DNA from: Lama glama
Lineage: Eukaryota
Assembly (NCBI GenBank): GCA_028534125.1
Contig: CM052817.1
Span: 68,946,001 to 69,010,000, forward strand
DNA length: 64,000 nt
Direction of reading: 5' to 3'
Position 1 is the stretch's first letter, and each line of letters begins with the position of its first letter. The notes below the pieces were generated by a model. The model searched no databases, was not told where the DNA came from, and saw nothing but the letters and a program-made list of their open reading frames with translations. Shown here piece by piece: positions 27,870 to 40,200 of the stretch. The position numbers and the translations under genes were made by a program.

Positions 27870-30175
27870 AATATTTTAAATCAATTTTATAGGGGTATAG
27901 TTTATTGTCAATAAAAATATACCCATTTTAAGTGTGTAACTTAATGAGTTTGACATATGTATATATCTGTGTACAGTTTGATGAGTTTGACATATGTGTA
28001 CATCTGTGTACCACAAGCAAGATATAGAACATTTCTGTCATCATCAGAAGTTCCCTTTGAAAGGGAAGGTATAGCTCAGTGGCAGTGCCTAACTTGCGCA
28101 AGGTCCTGGGTTCAATCCCCAGTACTTCCATTAAAAATAAATAAAAAACCTAGTTACCCCCCCAAAAAATAAATAAAAATAAAAATATGAAATTGTAAAA
28201 AGAAATGATAAAAAAAAAAGAAGGATAATTGAACCAAAAAAAGAAAAGCTCCCCGGACTTCTACGTAGGTAATGCCCCAGTCCACTCCTGGCCTAGATAA
28301 GCAAGCACTGATAACGCTTCCTTCCTATCCCCTAGATTAGATTTGCATTTTCTAGACTTTCATATAAATGGAATGATAAAGTTTGTATTCTTTGGATTTG
28401 GCTACTTTGACTTAGCACAACGGCTTTGAGAGGCATTTGTGTTGTGCATATCAGTAGGTCGTTCCTTCTCATTGCTGAGTAGTGTTCCATTGTATGGGGA
28501 ATCTGACAAGAGAATGATATAGCAAGAACTTGGGTGTTTTGTCAGACTTTCTCACAGCTAAAACTATCAGAATATGAAAGGATTTTTAAATGAGGCAGAA
28601 CAATTCAGGTGTGTATAAAATCCTGAGAATAGCCTGGACAAGCCTGGGGACCCCCTTCCTACCTCTGAGACCTTCACAGGGACCTGTGATTGTATGGATT
28701 TTACCACACTTCCTGAATCCACTTAACTATTTGAAGACACCTGTTTTATTTCCAGATTTTGTCTATTATGAACTAATATTCTCTGAACATTTATATACAA
28801 TACATTTGTGTGGCTATATGTTTCCCTTGCTCTTGGGGAAATATTTCGGTATACAGTTGCAGGACTGTATGGTATGTGCATGCTTTACTTTTTAAGACAG
28901 TGAAAAACTATTTTCCAAAGAATTTGTGTCATTTTAGAATCCTGCCAGCAATTTATGAAGGTTCCAGTTGCTCCACATCCCATCAATATTTGCTATTATC
29001 AGTCTTCTAAATTTTAGTCTTGTTGAAGTTTTTATTTGGCATTTCTCTAATGAGCAGTGATGATGACATCTTTTCATATGCCTTTTTGTCATTTGTATAT
29101 CATCATTTGTAACATTTCTGTTCAATTTTTCACCCATTTTCAATTTGTTAATCTCTTTTTGAGCTTTGCAATTTATTTGTATATTCTGGATAGAAGTCCT
29201 ATGTCAGGTATATAAACTGTAAATATTTTCTCCTACTCTGTGACTTTATTTTAATTGTTTCTTTGGAAGAGCAGAATGTTAAAATTATAGTTATTCCAAT
29301 TTATCATTTTTTACTTTCTTATTGGTACTTTACGTTGACCTATTTCTGGAAATTTTGCCTACCATGAAGATTTTCTCCTTTGCTTTCTTCTAAAAGCTTT
29401 ATAGCTTTAAGTTTCATTTTTAGATCAATAATATGTCTCAAGGTACTTTTGTCTATGATGTGTGAGTTAAATTCTGAGGTTTAGTTTTTGCACATTGATA
29501 TCCAGTTGTTCTAGAACTATTTGTTGTAAAATCTATACTTTGCCTTATTGAGTTACCTTGTCACATTTGTATGATATCAGTTGACTTTACAAGAATGTGT
29601 CCATTTTTGGATCCCTAGTCTGTATCATTGCTATGTCTATCAATATCAATTGTCCTATTATTGTGCTCTCATAGTAAGTTCAAAAGTTGGTAGTAGAAGT
29701 CCTGCAACTTTTTTTTCAGAATAGTCCTTTGGATTTCCATATCTATTTTAGAATCAGCATATCAGTTTCTCTGAAAAAATCTGATAAGATTTTGATTGGG
29801 ATTGCATTGAATCTATAGATTAATTAGAAAAGATTTTCCATCTTAAAAATAATCACTCCTTTAATTCATGAATATAATTTTTAGAACTTTAATTTTTGTT
29901 ATCAGTACTAGCTTTTGGTTTACAGATCTTGCACCTATTTTCTTAAATTTAGTGTATTTAATTATTTTCTGAAAAATGAAATTCAGAAAATTTTATTTTC
30001 TAATTGTTGATAATTAGCAGAAATACAACTGATTTTTATATATTGACCATGTATCTTGCTCTTTCTAAATCATTTATTAGTTCTAGTAGTAGATTCCTCA
30101 GGATTTTCTACATGCTCAAATATGTTGTCTGAGAATAACACTGTTTTACTTTTTCCTTTCTAATTGGCATGCATT
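27870..30175 (-). mobile_element. Old L1M (L1MB/MC-like) 3' portion, interrupted by a SINE and a 191-bp insertion
   Basis: ORF 28934-29143 (-) 'LNRNVTNDDIQMTKRHMKRC...CQIKTS' is L1 ORF2 C-terminus. L1 phrase 'gattttgattgggattgcattgaatctatagat'. Confidence 0.85.
28063..28246 (+). mobile_element. tRNA-derived SINE, Vic-1-like (camelid)
   Basis: Pol III A-box TAGCTCAGTGG (28072-28082) and B-box GGTTCAATCC (28109-28118), then 'agtacttccattaaaaataaataaaaaacctagttacccccc' and an A-rich tail. Matches the camelid Vic-1 layout as recalled. Confidence 0.85.
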
Positions 30176-31070
30176 TAAAGATGCATTTTCACTGTCTTCT
30201 AGCTTGAAGAATTGCGGACAAAAATTATTTGTTTATTCTTATCTTTGTTTGCATGTAATGTATATCTTTTTGTTGTAACTACTTTAATTTTTTTTTCTTT
30301 ATTACTGGTCTCTAGTAATGTGATTTTGGTATATCTTGTCTGGATTTTCTTTATGTTTATCCATTTTTAGGTTTGATGATTGTTTTGCATCTCTGGTTTA
30401 TAGTTCTTACTAAATTTGAAACATTTTGACCATATTTTTTGTTGTTGTTCAACAGGTCACTGTGTCTCTGTTCAATTTTTTATCTTCTTTTTCTTTTTTG
30501 GGCTTTCTGTTTTCTCTGTTGCTATAACTTCAAGTTCACTGAACTTTTCTTCTGCAGTGTCTAATTTGCTTTTAAACTCATACAGTGAAGCTATCATTTC
30601 AGATTGTATTTCTCATCTCTAAAATTTCCATTTTGTTTTTATATCTTTTGTTTCTTTCATCACTGTTTTATGTTTTTCTTTAATCCTTGAACATGCAGAG
30701 CATATTTATATAGCTTTGTTTTTAAAGTTCTTATCTGTTAATTTTATAATTTTTGAGTTTGTTTTTATTGACTAAAATTTCTCCTGGCTTATGGGTCATA
30801 CCTGCCGGTTTCCTGGCATATGTAGACACTGGATATTATTAATGTTACATTATTAACTGTCCAGATCTTCTTATCTTTCTTTGAAGAATGTTGGGCTTTG
30901 CTCAGTCAAACAATTAAGTGACTTAGAAATTAACTTGATCATTTCAGTATCAGTCCTGTCCTGTCCTCTAATGAGAGTAGGGTTTTCTTTCTTTCATGTG
31001 TTCTGTTTAGTTTTATAGTTTGTTTATAGCTGGAGGGTAAGTCTAGGGACTATTTATCTATAGCCAGATA
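30176..31070 (-). mobile_element. Old L1M ORF1/5' region fragment
   Basis: 'caagttcactgaacttttcttctgcagtgtctaatttgc'; similar to the L1M segment at 9400-9800. Confidence 0.6.
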
Positions 31071-31214
31071 CAAATATCTTGCTTATTAGATTTTACTGAA
31101 AAAACATTTGACATATTTTGGTATTTTTTCCTTTTAAATAGGTTCTATATTGGTTATTCTATTATAAAATAGTTTTTTCATAAGAATTGATTATAGATTA
31201 GATTTGTTCTTTAG

Positions 31215-31314
31215 NNNNNNNNNNNNNNNNNNNNNNNNNNNNNNNNNNNNNNNNNNNNNNNNNNNNNNNNNNNNNNNNNNNNNNNNNNNNNNNNNNNNNN
31301 NNNNNNNNNNNNNN
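31215..31314. other. Assembly gap (100 N)
   Basis: Run of exactly 100 N, followed by a poly-C tract. Confidence 1.
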
Positions 31315-32099
31315 CCACCCCCCCCCCGCCCCAGTTCTTTTCCAAGCAAGGGAAGTGGTGACTTGTCAACTGCTTTCAGGTTCAGTTTGTCTAAACATCT
31401 TTACTGCAAAGCTTCTTAAGTCATGGTAAAGCCTCCTTTGTCTGGGAAAAGTTGTGAAATGTTTTTGAGTGCTACCTAGAAGTTATTTTTGATACATGAG
31501 AAGAGGTAATCATGCATAAGCATCTTTGGTTTTGGGATTTTATTTTTAGGATTTCTGGAAGCAGAAAATTTTAAGTCAAGATTATCAGAAAGTTCTTATT
31601 GGTACCCCACTGTGTAGGGTAAATATCATTTTATGATGTATTGCAATTTCTCCTTTGTTATATCTCCCAGAAGAGCATCTGGTGCTCATTGGTGAGTGAC
31701 TTAGACTAGAATAAGTCCCCTGTTTTCTCTACCAGGAGTGCCTATTAAGTCTGCTGGGTCTCAGATCAGGAAGAAGGGCTATGTGTATTGGTACATCTTA
31801 TCCATAAAAAGGTGAGTGCTGCAGAAGAGAGACCTCATTGAAGACTGACATGTCGTGGTTGGTTACGACAAATCACGAGGAATTTGAGATTAAGATAACT
31901 TTGACTTTCACTTGAGAGGCTTACCCTTACTTAATACTTGGTGGTACTGGAGATGAAGATAACACTTACCATACTTGATCCATTTTTTGAAAATATTTGT
32001 TTAAAGTTTTATCAAATTTTAGTTTAAAAAATTAAAACTCTGGATTTTCTCAACTCCATTATATGCTTCTTAGATCCCTGTGGCCAAAACTGTAATACA

Positions 32100-32900
32100 T
32101 CAGTCTTGCTTTATATTCACCATGATTTTGCATGAAGATAGAATACTTTTTGTTAAGTTTACAGTGACTGAGCTGATGATTTCCAACCATTTGAGAATTA
32201 TTTTGTCTCTAAGAGCTTAGATTCTTTCACGGAAATAAGAAATTATTTACTATATTTTTTCACAGGGAACACAGCTAAGAAGTTAGAACCTATCATTATT
32301 TTAAGTAGAATTTAGCCATTTTTCCCCAAATGTAAACCTTACTTTGCCCATCTCAGTGTCATCTGTGGCTGTTCAGTGCATTCATCTACCCACATGAACT
32401 ACAAAATGGTTATTTCACCATCTGAAGTAGCTAAGTATCATGTGTGAATGTGGAAATTACTAATAACTTTTCTTTCTCCTTTCTTATTATTAAAAAAAAT
32501 TTACCTAAGATTGTGAGAAGAAATTCACTTCAGTTCTCTATGCAAAATACTTATTTTATCCTATTCTTGTTTTCCCTATAGCTATTTTAACTAGGGTAAA
32601 TAATTTTGTTTTCCAGTTCTACAGAGACAGATATTTTTCCTATAGTTTTTTTTAGGAATGCACATAAATAAGAAAATCACTTCTAGTGGCTTTATATTGT
32701 CCTACTACATTTTTACCTCCTTAAGTTTCTGAATATTTGTAACATACTTACAGGTTAGTTGGAAATAGTTTCTGAAGAATGCCAGTTGCCTTTTCCCCAT
32801 AAGATACTTCTTTCTTAGATGTTCAAAAGGCTTATGCCTTCATTTCTGTCTTCCTGGCATGGGAATGAATCATCCTGTACTTTTCAGGGTCATATCCTGA
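32100..32900 (-). mobile_element. Probable highly decayed CR1/L3 LINE remnant
   Basis: 'cagtgtcatctgtggctg', 'taagtatcatgtgtgaatgtgg' and 'ccttttccccataagatacttctttcttagatgttcaaaaggc' resemble reverse-complemented CR1 RT segments (FADD and KAFD..L..HGIRG regions). Weak. Confidence 0.4.
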
Positions 32901-33159
32901 GTCATTTTTGTAAATGACAGATCACAAAGTCTATCTACTAGTCAACATCAGTTCTACAGTTTTATGCTTTAGTTGTTTCAAAATTGGACATATCTGTGAT
33001 CTTGGTATTTGTTCATACCTGATTTTTATCAGTTAGGTCTGCTCTCTCTTGTGTATTTACCACTATTATATTTAGCATCTCTACCTTTGCACCTTTAATG
33101 TAAGGGTCAGAAATTTTGAGGAATGAATATTTGCGCAAGATTAAAAATTGAGACAGACT

Positions 33160-33420
33160 AGATACTTCTGACTTTTTAGACTATACCATGGTGAAAAATA
33201 CATTTTACATCACAACTCCAGACAGAAACACATGCATACACACACATGGATGAAATGAAGCATGATTTCATTAAACTATCCTTGCCCTTACTATATATGA
33301 CCTATATGACACACTCAGATGTTCTCTCATATTATTTTATTAAAAAATGCTGGTCTCATGTAGATTGATTTCATGAGCTGTTTGATTTCATACAAACAGC
33401 TTAAAAAACATTTGTCTAGA
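33160..33420. mobile_element. hAT-Charlie-type MER (non-autonomous DNA transposon)
   Basis: 'aaaatacattttacatcaca...cttgcccttacta...aaatgctggtc...attgatttcatga...aaaaaacatt' resembles a Charlie-family MER; subfamily not determined. Confidence 0.55.
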
Positions 33421-33489
33421 CAACAGTTAAGGTTATTTATAATTATGGAATGCTGTCAGTCTGTGGTAAAGGACTTTTTAAATTGGGCT

Positions 33490-33585
33490 ATTTTTTTATT
33501 ATGGTAAAATTCACATAACATAAAATATACCATTTTAACCATTAAAACATATAATTCAGTGGCATTTAATACACTCACATTGTGA
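33490..33585 (-). mobile_element. L1MB 3'-terminal fragment
   Basis: 'ggtaaaattcacataacataaaatataccattttaaccatt...aattcagtggcatttaatacactcacattgtg' is the reverse complement of the 3' end seen at ~63300-63380. Confidence 0.8.
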
Positions 33586-35639
33586 ATGCCTCTGTTCAAC
33601 TTTGTTCAAGCAACTTCTTCCTGAAAATAGCTTCCAGTTTTCTTTCATGGTTTCCTCTTCCAGGCTTCTTCAAACCTTCCCACTTCAGTTTAACTGCCCT
33701 TATCAGGGCTTGAAGTGATTCCAAATAAACTTGTAAGTACATCTGGAAAGATAACAGAGTAACATGTAAATCTCTGGATAAATTTGTGGCTAAGGAAACA
33801 AGTAGGGCTAAATATGTAAGACCGGACATGGTGTGTCCACAGAGATTTCTCAGGACAGCACCATACTGTTCTCATAATGCCGCTTAAGAAGCATGAAGAA
33901 ATATGTCTGAGGAAAGGGATGCTTCTTTAATTATAATTCACTCCCTTTACATGAAAAGAATCAAGACACCTCATAGCATTTATGATGGACCTCTACATAG
34001 AGAAAAACCCACCCACTTGTCTTTATAATGGCTGGTTTTCATCAACCAAGTCTGATATTCGAATGAAATTTTCCTAGGAACTTAAGACACTTGTTAGAGC
34101 TTGTTGGATGTCAAAGCCACATCCTGGTTTATGTGATGCCAAATGCTGGTGGATGAGGCCATGTAACAAGAGGATGGGAATGCCCTTTTACATAATCCTC
34201 AGCAGTACACAAGATTATGTTTTTACTTATTCTATTGCTATGTGTAAATATTGTATTAAGTACTAGACATGGTATATAATGTAAGTGCTTGATGGCTTTG
34301 ATTTTCTTTTCTTTTTGGCAAATATAGGCAAAAGAGGTTATTACTTTCCTTCCATCTGTAGGCTGCTTACTCTTTTGTGTACTATAAGTTCAGTATTGGG
34401 TTTCCATAGCTTTCTTTTTATTGACGTGTCACGCTTCATTTTAACTTGAAAACCGATGTTGTGCTGTGTCTCAAAAGAAAAAAAAAAGCTTGAACAAAAG
34501 GGCAATGGTTTTTATTGTAATAATTCTGAGAAAACCCAAAGAAATAGTACTCCTTTTTTGTTTTTGCCTTTCACTGTTGGTATTGCATGACAGATGGGTC
34601 TGAACAACTATTATCAAGTCATTCCATTTCCATAATGTCATATGACTATATGTGCTTAAAAACAAAATAAAGAACTCTTTCCATTGGAAGCATATCAACA
34701 CTGCCCTTAGTTTCTTCTGGATGCAGAGTGGTCCTTAGCTTATCTCTTCTAGATAGATTCAAAGTTCCTGGCTTATGAAACTGACATAAAGTCATAAATT
34801 TAACTTGCCTTCCAGAAAATTACTTCTGCAGAGAATGGACACATTTTTGCTGCCTGCAGAAATCATTAGATGAATAATTCCTGTTTTGAAGGTTATGTTT
34901 GTTACAGGCTCTTCTGGGAGGTCTAGACCATTTTTCACAAGACAAAAACAGGACCTTGAGAGTACTTGCTAGTTGATGACGTTCCCTGCTTTGGTCTTCT
35001 TCATCCCTGCAGTAATTCTGTGCTGAGCATATCCCACAGTGATTTTCATCGAAACCCCTTTTCAGTTGACTGTGCCAGAGTCTTTGGCTGATCTGGAAGA
35101 TTTTGCCAGACTGACCTCATTAAAATTTTTTTCCTGATTATTAAAGCAATGAATATTTATCATGAGTATTTTTTAATATAGAGAAATAGAAGAAAAACTG
35201 GGGGGAAGTATCACTCATAATACCCAGAAGGAATAGTACTAAACTTTTGACCTAGTTCCTTCTTAGTTTGACTTTCTGCTGGATTGATCCACTGATCTAC
35301 CACTGTTGAGAATTTTAAAGAATCTTCAAAAGTGTTGAGGAAAGGTCTTCCATTATCAGCCATCAATCAACTTAGGCCTTAAAATGCTACTTGTGAAGCT
35401 CATTGTATATAGTATTGAAATGATACTCCCATTCATTAACTAGAGAAAATGAGAGAAGTAGTGAACAGAGATAAGAGAGCTTTCAAAAAGACTGCTTTAT
35501 TCTTGGCAACCATATAGGTTACACTAACAAGAGTAAAGTACTACAGACAGAAAGAAATACTTGAAGATTACTCTCTGTCTTAATGTTATTATTTTGTGTA
35601 ACAATGGCGTCAAGGAAGAAGTAGGGAGGGCAAGGTCTC

Positions 35640-36065
35640 CTGGACTGGCTGTTCTCACCAATTCCCATTGCTTTATCTCCTGTGTATATGTTGACTTAAG
35701 AGTGAATAGCTCAGTCTTTTCCTCTGAGTTCTAGAATTGTATATCCAGTTATATGAAAGCAGATGTATTATCTCTCCATTTTCACCACCTTCAAAGGAAA
35801 AAAAGAATAAAAACCAAACATCTATTTGTTTTGTTTTCTCTGTGTCAGTGAATTATGTCACAATCTACCCTGTAACTTAAGCCAGAAGTCTATCCTAGAA
35901 TCTTTCTTTCCCTTCATATCCCCAAGTACAAGTCATTTTCAGATTTGATACAGTAATTGTTTCTTCATTACTTCATCTCCTTTACGATCACTACCCCTTG
36001 TCAATCATGTATTCTGTGTGTCTAGTAGCCAGCACAGTACCTGCCATATTAGTCATTCAGGAAAT
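35640..36065 (+). mobile_element. L2 fragment
   Basis: 'ttttcctctgagttctagaattgtatatccagtt', 'aagccagaagtct', 'cagcacagtacctgccatattagtcattcagg'. Confidence 0.6.
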
Positions 36066-36889
36066 TTTTTTAGACATGATTATTTTCTTGAACGTCATTA
36101 TTTAGAATGTGAGCACTAAGAAGTCTCTCGTGCATTCTGATTTCACTGGAATGATGGAGGGACTCAAACTTCCTTGAGTCTGAGAGTGCCATTCTGGGAT
36201 GTAACGTCATAGGGCTGGTTGGAAATTGGAAGAAGGTCACTCAAATGGTTGAAGTAACAGAAGGAATAAGTGTAAAGTTATGTAGTTTCTGGTAGAGGTC
36301 ATTTAATGAAACTTTGGAAATTTTGTTCTCTCTCTTAGAGGCAGAAGAGAATAAATATTTTCCTAACAGGACAAACTACATTACTTTGTGTAAAAATCTA
36401 GTACTGACCTTGGATCATATTTCTCTGCTTCTGTGTGCTAGGAGACATTTGTAACACTAAAGGAAGATTGGTGCTTACAGAAACTCTTATTTCGAAAGGA
36501 AGTATCTCTCTATTTCTCTCTGCTCAGTGATACCTGTCCCTTGGATGCATAAAACCTACATCAGATACTTGTCTGTACTTGGTACTATGTTCTGAAGAAT
36601 AAGCAACCAGTAATGAAGAGAGCCATCTTTGGAAATATAAGTTTCACAATTCATAGTAGCAGGTGAGAAGGAAGGAATCTAACATCTATGATATACATAC
36701 TTTATGTTAGCTATTTGCGTATTTACTATCATTTTTGAATCTCTCAAGGTTCTGTTGAAATTAGTACTATTGTATACATCTTAGCGATAGGTAAATCCAG
36801 TCTCGGAGCCATTGAATAGCTCCCCCAGCTGGCATTCAAATACAAATCAAAGGCTTTTCTCACTATATCATGGTGGCCCAAATAAAATA

Positions 36890-37160
36890 ATAATGATGAC
36901 GTAATAACAATAACTACAAGAACCAAGCAAGGGTACAGTGATGTGTATTATCTACAAGCCAAGAAGTGACTTTGCTGAATACTTTATATGTATTAACTTA
37001 CTTAGTCATTTCACAGCCTCTGAGCTAGGTACTGTCATTAACTCCATATTCCAGATGCAAAGATTGAAGATAAGAGTGCTGACACAAGGTCACCCAATTA
37101 TCAGCAGTAGAACTGAGGTTCAGGTACATACAATTCAATTTCTGGGCCCCCATTTTTAAA
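36890..37160 (-). mobile_element. MIR SINE
   Basis: 'ctaggtactgtcattaactccatattccagatgcaaagattgaag...caaggtcacccaattatcagcagtagaactgagg'. Confidence 0.75.
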
Positions 37161-38037
37161 CACAGTGATATTCCACTTCCTAGTAATACATTAAAATCCA
37201 TTAACTGAGCAACTTCCTTACTTTGAGGCATTAAAAGAAATTCAAGTAATAAAAACACTTCAATGAACCAGCAACAAATAAAACTTTCCAGTTTGAAGGG
37301 GAGCCTACATTTCCAGGCTAGGAGAGTATCCCTTTGTAGGTCATCCCTTAGCGAGAGTGATAGTAGTACCTGTGCAATGATGAAGATTGCTCCAGTACAG
37401 AACTCCAGGCTTCTATCGCCATGATTCAAGTGAGAGCCTGAAGTTTTGAGTAAATCTGGCAAGTTTTCCTTCCTTCCCTCCTTCCCCTAACACTCGCAGC
37501 TTTACAACCATTTTCTGCTGTAAGACCAGGTCATACCTCACATGATTCTGTACCTCCCTTTTTCTAGCCCTACCTCTTACTGCTCTCCATCTTCTGAAAT
37601 CACATTGTGCACACATCCTAATTTTCTTCTGTGAATATTCCCTTTATCTTCTGCTGTAGCTAAAACCGATTGTCTCTTTGATGACGTTGCTTCCCCTGTA
37701 GCCCCTTACATGGTGACTGGTTTCCTCCTTGTTGGGCCTAGAAATGGAAGAAGTACCATCCTTCTTATTGCTGCTCCCAGTCAATCCTCCCAACCTCTAT
37801 TTAAACAAACAAACAGACACATCTTTGTATCTCATGTTATTAGATTCTGTCCTCCCCGCCCCCCACCTCTGTTTGCCGTCATCTGCACTCCGGGGTCCCT
37901 TCCTCTTATCCTTTAAAGATGTCAGCTCCCAGATTACTGAGAGTGTCTTTGACAGTATTCCTATTGAGAAAGTAATTTTTAAACCAGTCAAAGTATAGCC
38001 CCTGATATCTAGATGTTAGTCTATGTTACATTTTTAT

Positions 38038-38147
38038 CGAATTAAAATTAATAATATTATATTAGTTTCAGATGTACAACATAGTGATTCAGTATTTTTA
38101 TACACTACAAGATGATCACCACAGTAAGTCTAGTTACTATATGCCAC
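38038..38147 (-). mobile_element. Very short (~110 bp) L1 3'-end insertion with TSD
   Basis: L1 3'UTR 'attatattagtttcagatgtacaacatagtgattcagtattttt...atcaccacagtaagtctagttacta', flanked by a perfect direct repeat gttacatttttat (38025-38037, 38148-38160). Confidence 0.85.
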
Positions 38148-38614
38148 GTTACATTTTTATTGTATAATAAAAAGTTTCACAGAATATCAACCTCAAACTC
38201 TGAGAGTACAATAAAAGGAGAGAAAATAAGTCTACTTTATAAATTTGTTTAAGTATAGACAAAAGCCAGATTACTGTACTACCTCAAAATACCAAATATT
38301 TTTCTCTTTTGGGTAAAATAAGCAGTTACTACTTCTTTGCCAATCATAGTTTTAGCCTCTCTCTAGTCTGCCCTCCCTAGAAAGATTTATTAAGGTGCTC
38401 AGTAATAGAATTGCTTTCTGACAGCATACAACCTAGAATGACCCTAGCTTCTTTGGATCCTTCCTCAATTCCTCACCCAAAGTCAAAATCCGTCATTGGT
38501 TTTGCTGACACCCTTTTACTGAGACACTCTATAGTGTCTTTGTATTCTCTCTTATTCCAACAGCTGAGAACTCTGACTTATTCAAATACAGATATGTTTT
38601 TGGTGAACTAGGGA

Positions 38615-39690
38615 GGGCATTAATGCTGTCAGAATTCTCGATGATATCAACATCAAATTCTGACCTCTTGACCCTGTAGTTCCTTAAATTCTTTTCCTTC
38701 AGTTACTTTTGTCTTCCACCTTACCACAGGCTCCCTCTTATTGCCATACTCTTGATCTTGCAATTATCTATAGATTTAATCCACTCATGACCTTGATTTC
38801 ATTTATCTCACTCTCAGACTACCTCCTACATGCATTCCTAGCTCATTTCTTCTAGTAACCCGAATCCAGAATCCAGCAACTCTCCTGTCACATGGAAATT
38901 TTCATTCAGTTGGTAATTTCACAGTTTCATTATCCCTCACCTTGTCTTATCTTCACATACATCATTATATGTCACTTTACAACTCAAATTCCATGGGCAA
39001 TCATTTCAGTCAATTCCTTGCATAACCTTCAGTTCTTTTGCTTCTTACTCCCTTTGTCTTACTTGGCTAAACCACCACTCTGATTAAATCTGTCTTCCTC
39101 TCCTATGTCTGTCTGTCCTGCTGAATGCTGCTGGAAAAAAACGCAGAACTGTACTGATTGGTCTCACTTTGAATCCATGACCACTGTTTGAAAGTGGCAC
39201 ATTAATACTACCAAGCACTCCTACTACATTTTCTGCATTATTCATTCTCCTCTGTTTTCTGGGTTGTAATTCCTTCTCGTTTCTCAAACCTCCAAACCCT
39301 CTCTTTCATCCTTTCTCTCAGATGATTACCTAGCTTCTTATTTTACTAAGAAAATTGGAGTAATTGAAAGAGAATTTCCACACATTTTCATTACCACAGA
39401 AACTTACATACATCATATCCCTCATGTCTCTGCTCTCCCTCCTGTTACCAAAGAGAACTCACCATGATCCTTGTGAAGGTCCGTTCCCTTCCTTGTGCAT
39501 CAAATTCCATCCTTTCTTTCAACTCAGGAATGTTGGATAGTCATTTCTCTCTCTCTCTCTTGTTATTTTTCACCCCTACTGGATATATCCTTTAGTATGT
39601 AAATATACTTTTGAGTTCTCCCATCTTAAAAGCTGCTTTTTCTTCCCCTCATTTCCTGTTACAGTTCATGTGCCATTTTCCTCCTTCCCA
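38615..39690 (+). mobile_element. L2 internal (ORF) fragment
   Basis: 'cttggctaaaccaccactctgattaaatc', 'gctggaaaaaaacgcagaactgtactgattggtctcactttgaatccatgaccac', 'gcttcttattttactaagaaaattggagtaattgaaagagaatttcc'. Confidence 0.8.
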
Positions 39691-39692
39691 TA

Positions 39693-40200
39693 TGTAATGG
39701 TTAATTTTATGTCAGCTTGGCTGACAGTGGTACCCAGATGCTTGGCCAAACATTATTCTTAGTGTTTCTTTGAAGGTACTTTAAAATGATATTCACATTT
39801 AAATCTCTGGATTTGAGTAAAGCAGGCAGAATTGATTATCCACTAGAGCTTTCGGAAGGAATACAGCCCTGCTGACATGGTGCAGGAGAGATAGCCCTAG
39901 AAGCTCTAGGTTGACATGGTCTGTCATGCTCAAGGTCCCTGAAGGTAATAAAGGGATTTATTTTTTTCTATTCCTGTTCGTGTAAAATCTTCAGAAGAAT
40001 TTTGGTTAGCTTTATTGGATCTTGTGCCAACTTGTTGCATGATTACTGTCTAATGAGATGTGATGTTCTGACTGGCCCACCAGGATATCGTACCCACCCC
40101 ACTGGCGTGGGAGGTAAGCAATGTGATTGGCATCTGTGTCAGGTGAGGAGAGAGTGTTTCCTGAAAAGAAACCTCTAGACAAAAAAAGAAGAAAACCTAA
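39693..40200. mobile_element. MLT2 5' fragment (+, ~39693-39825) followed by MLT1-type LTR fragments
   Basis: 'tgtaatggttaattttatgtcagcttggctg...cccagatgcttggccaaacattattct' (MLT2); 'gaaggaatacagccctgctgaca' (MLT1). Confidence 0.7.

Noticed and set aside
28063..28135. tRNA gene
   Set aside because: A and B boxes are present, but the cloverleaf is degenerate and it continues into a SINE body and A-rich tail.
36528..36662. 135-nt AG...GT cassette
   Set aside because: Stops in all three frames, no recognisable product, moderate splice sites; likely a pseudoexon.
37025..37462. 145-aa minus-strand ORF
   Set aside because: Overlaps a MIR, has no recognisable domain or supporting splice structure; consistent with a chance ORF.
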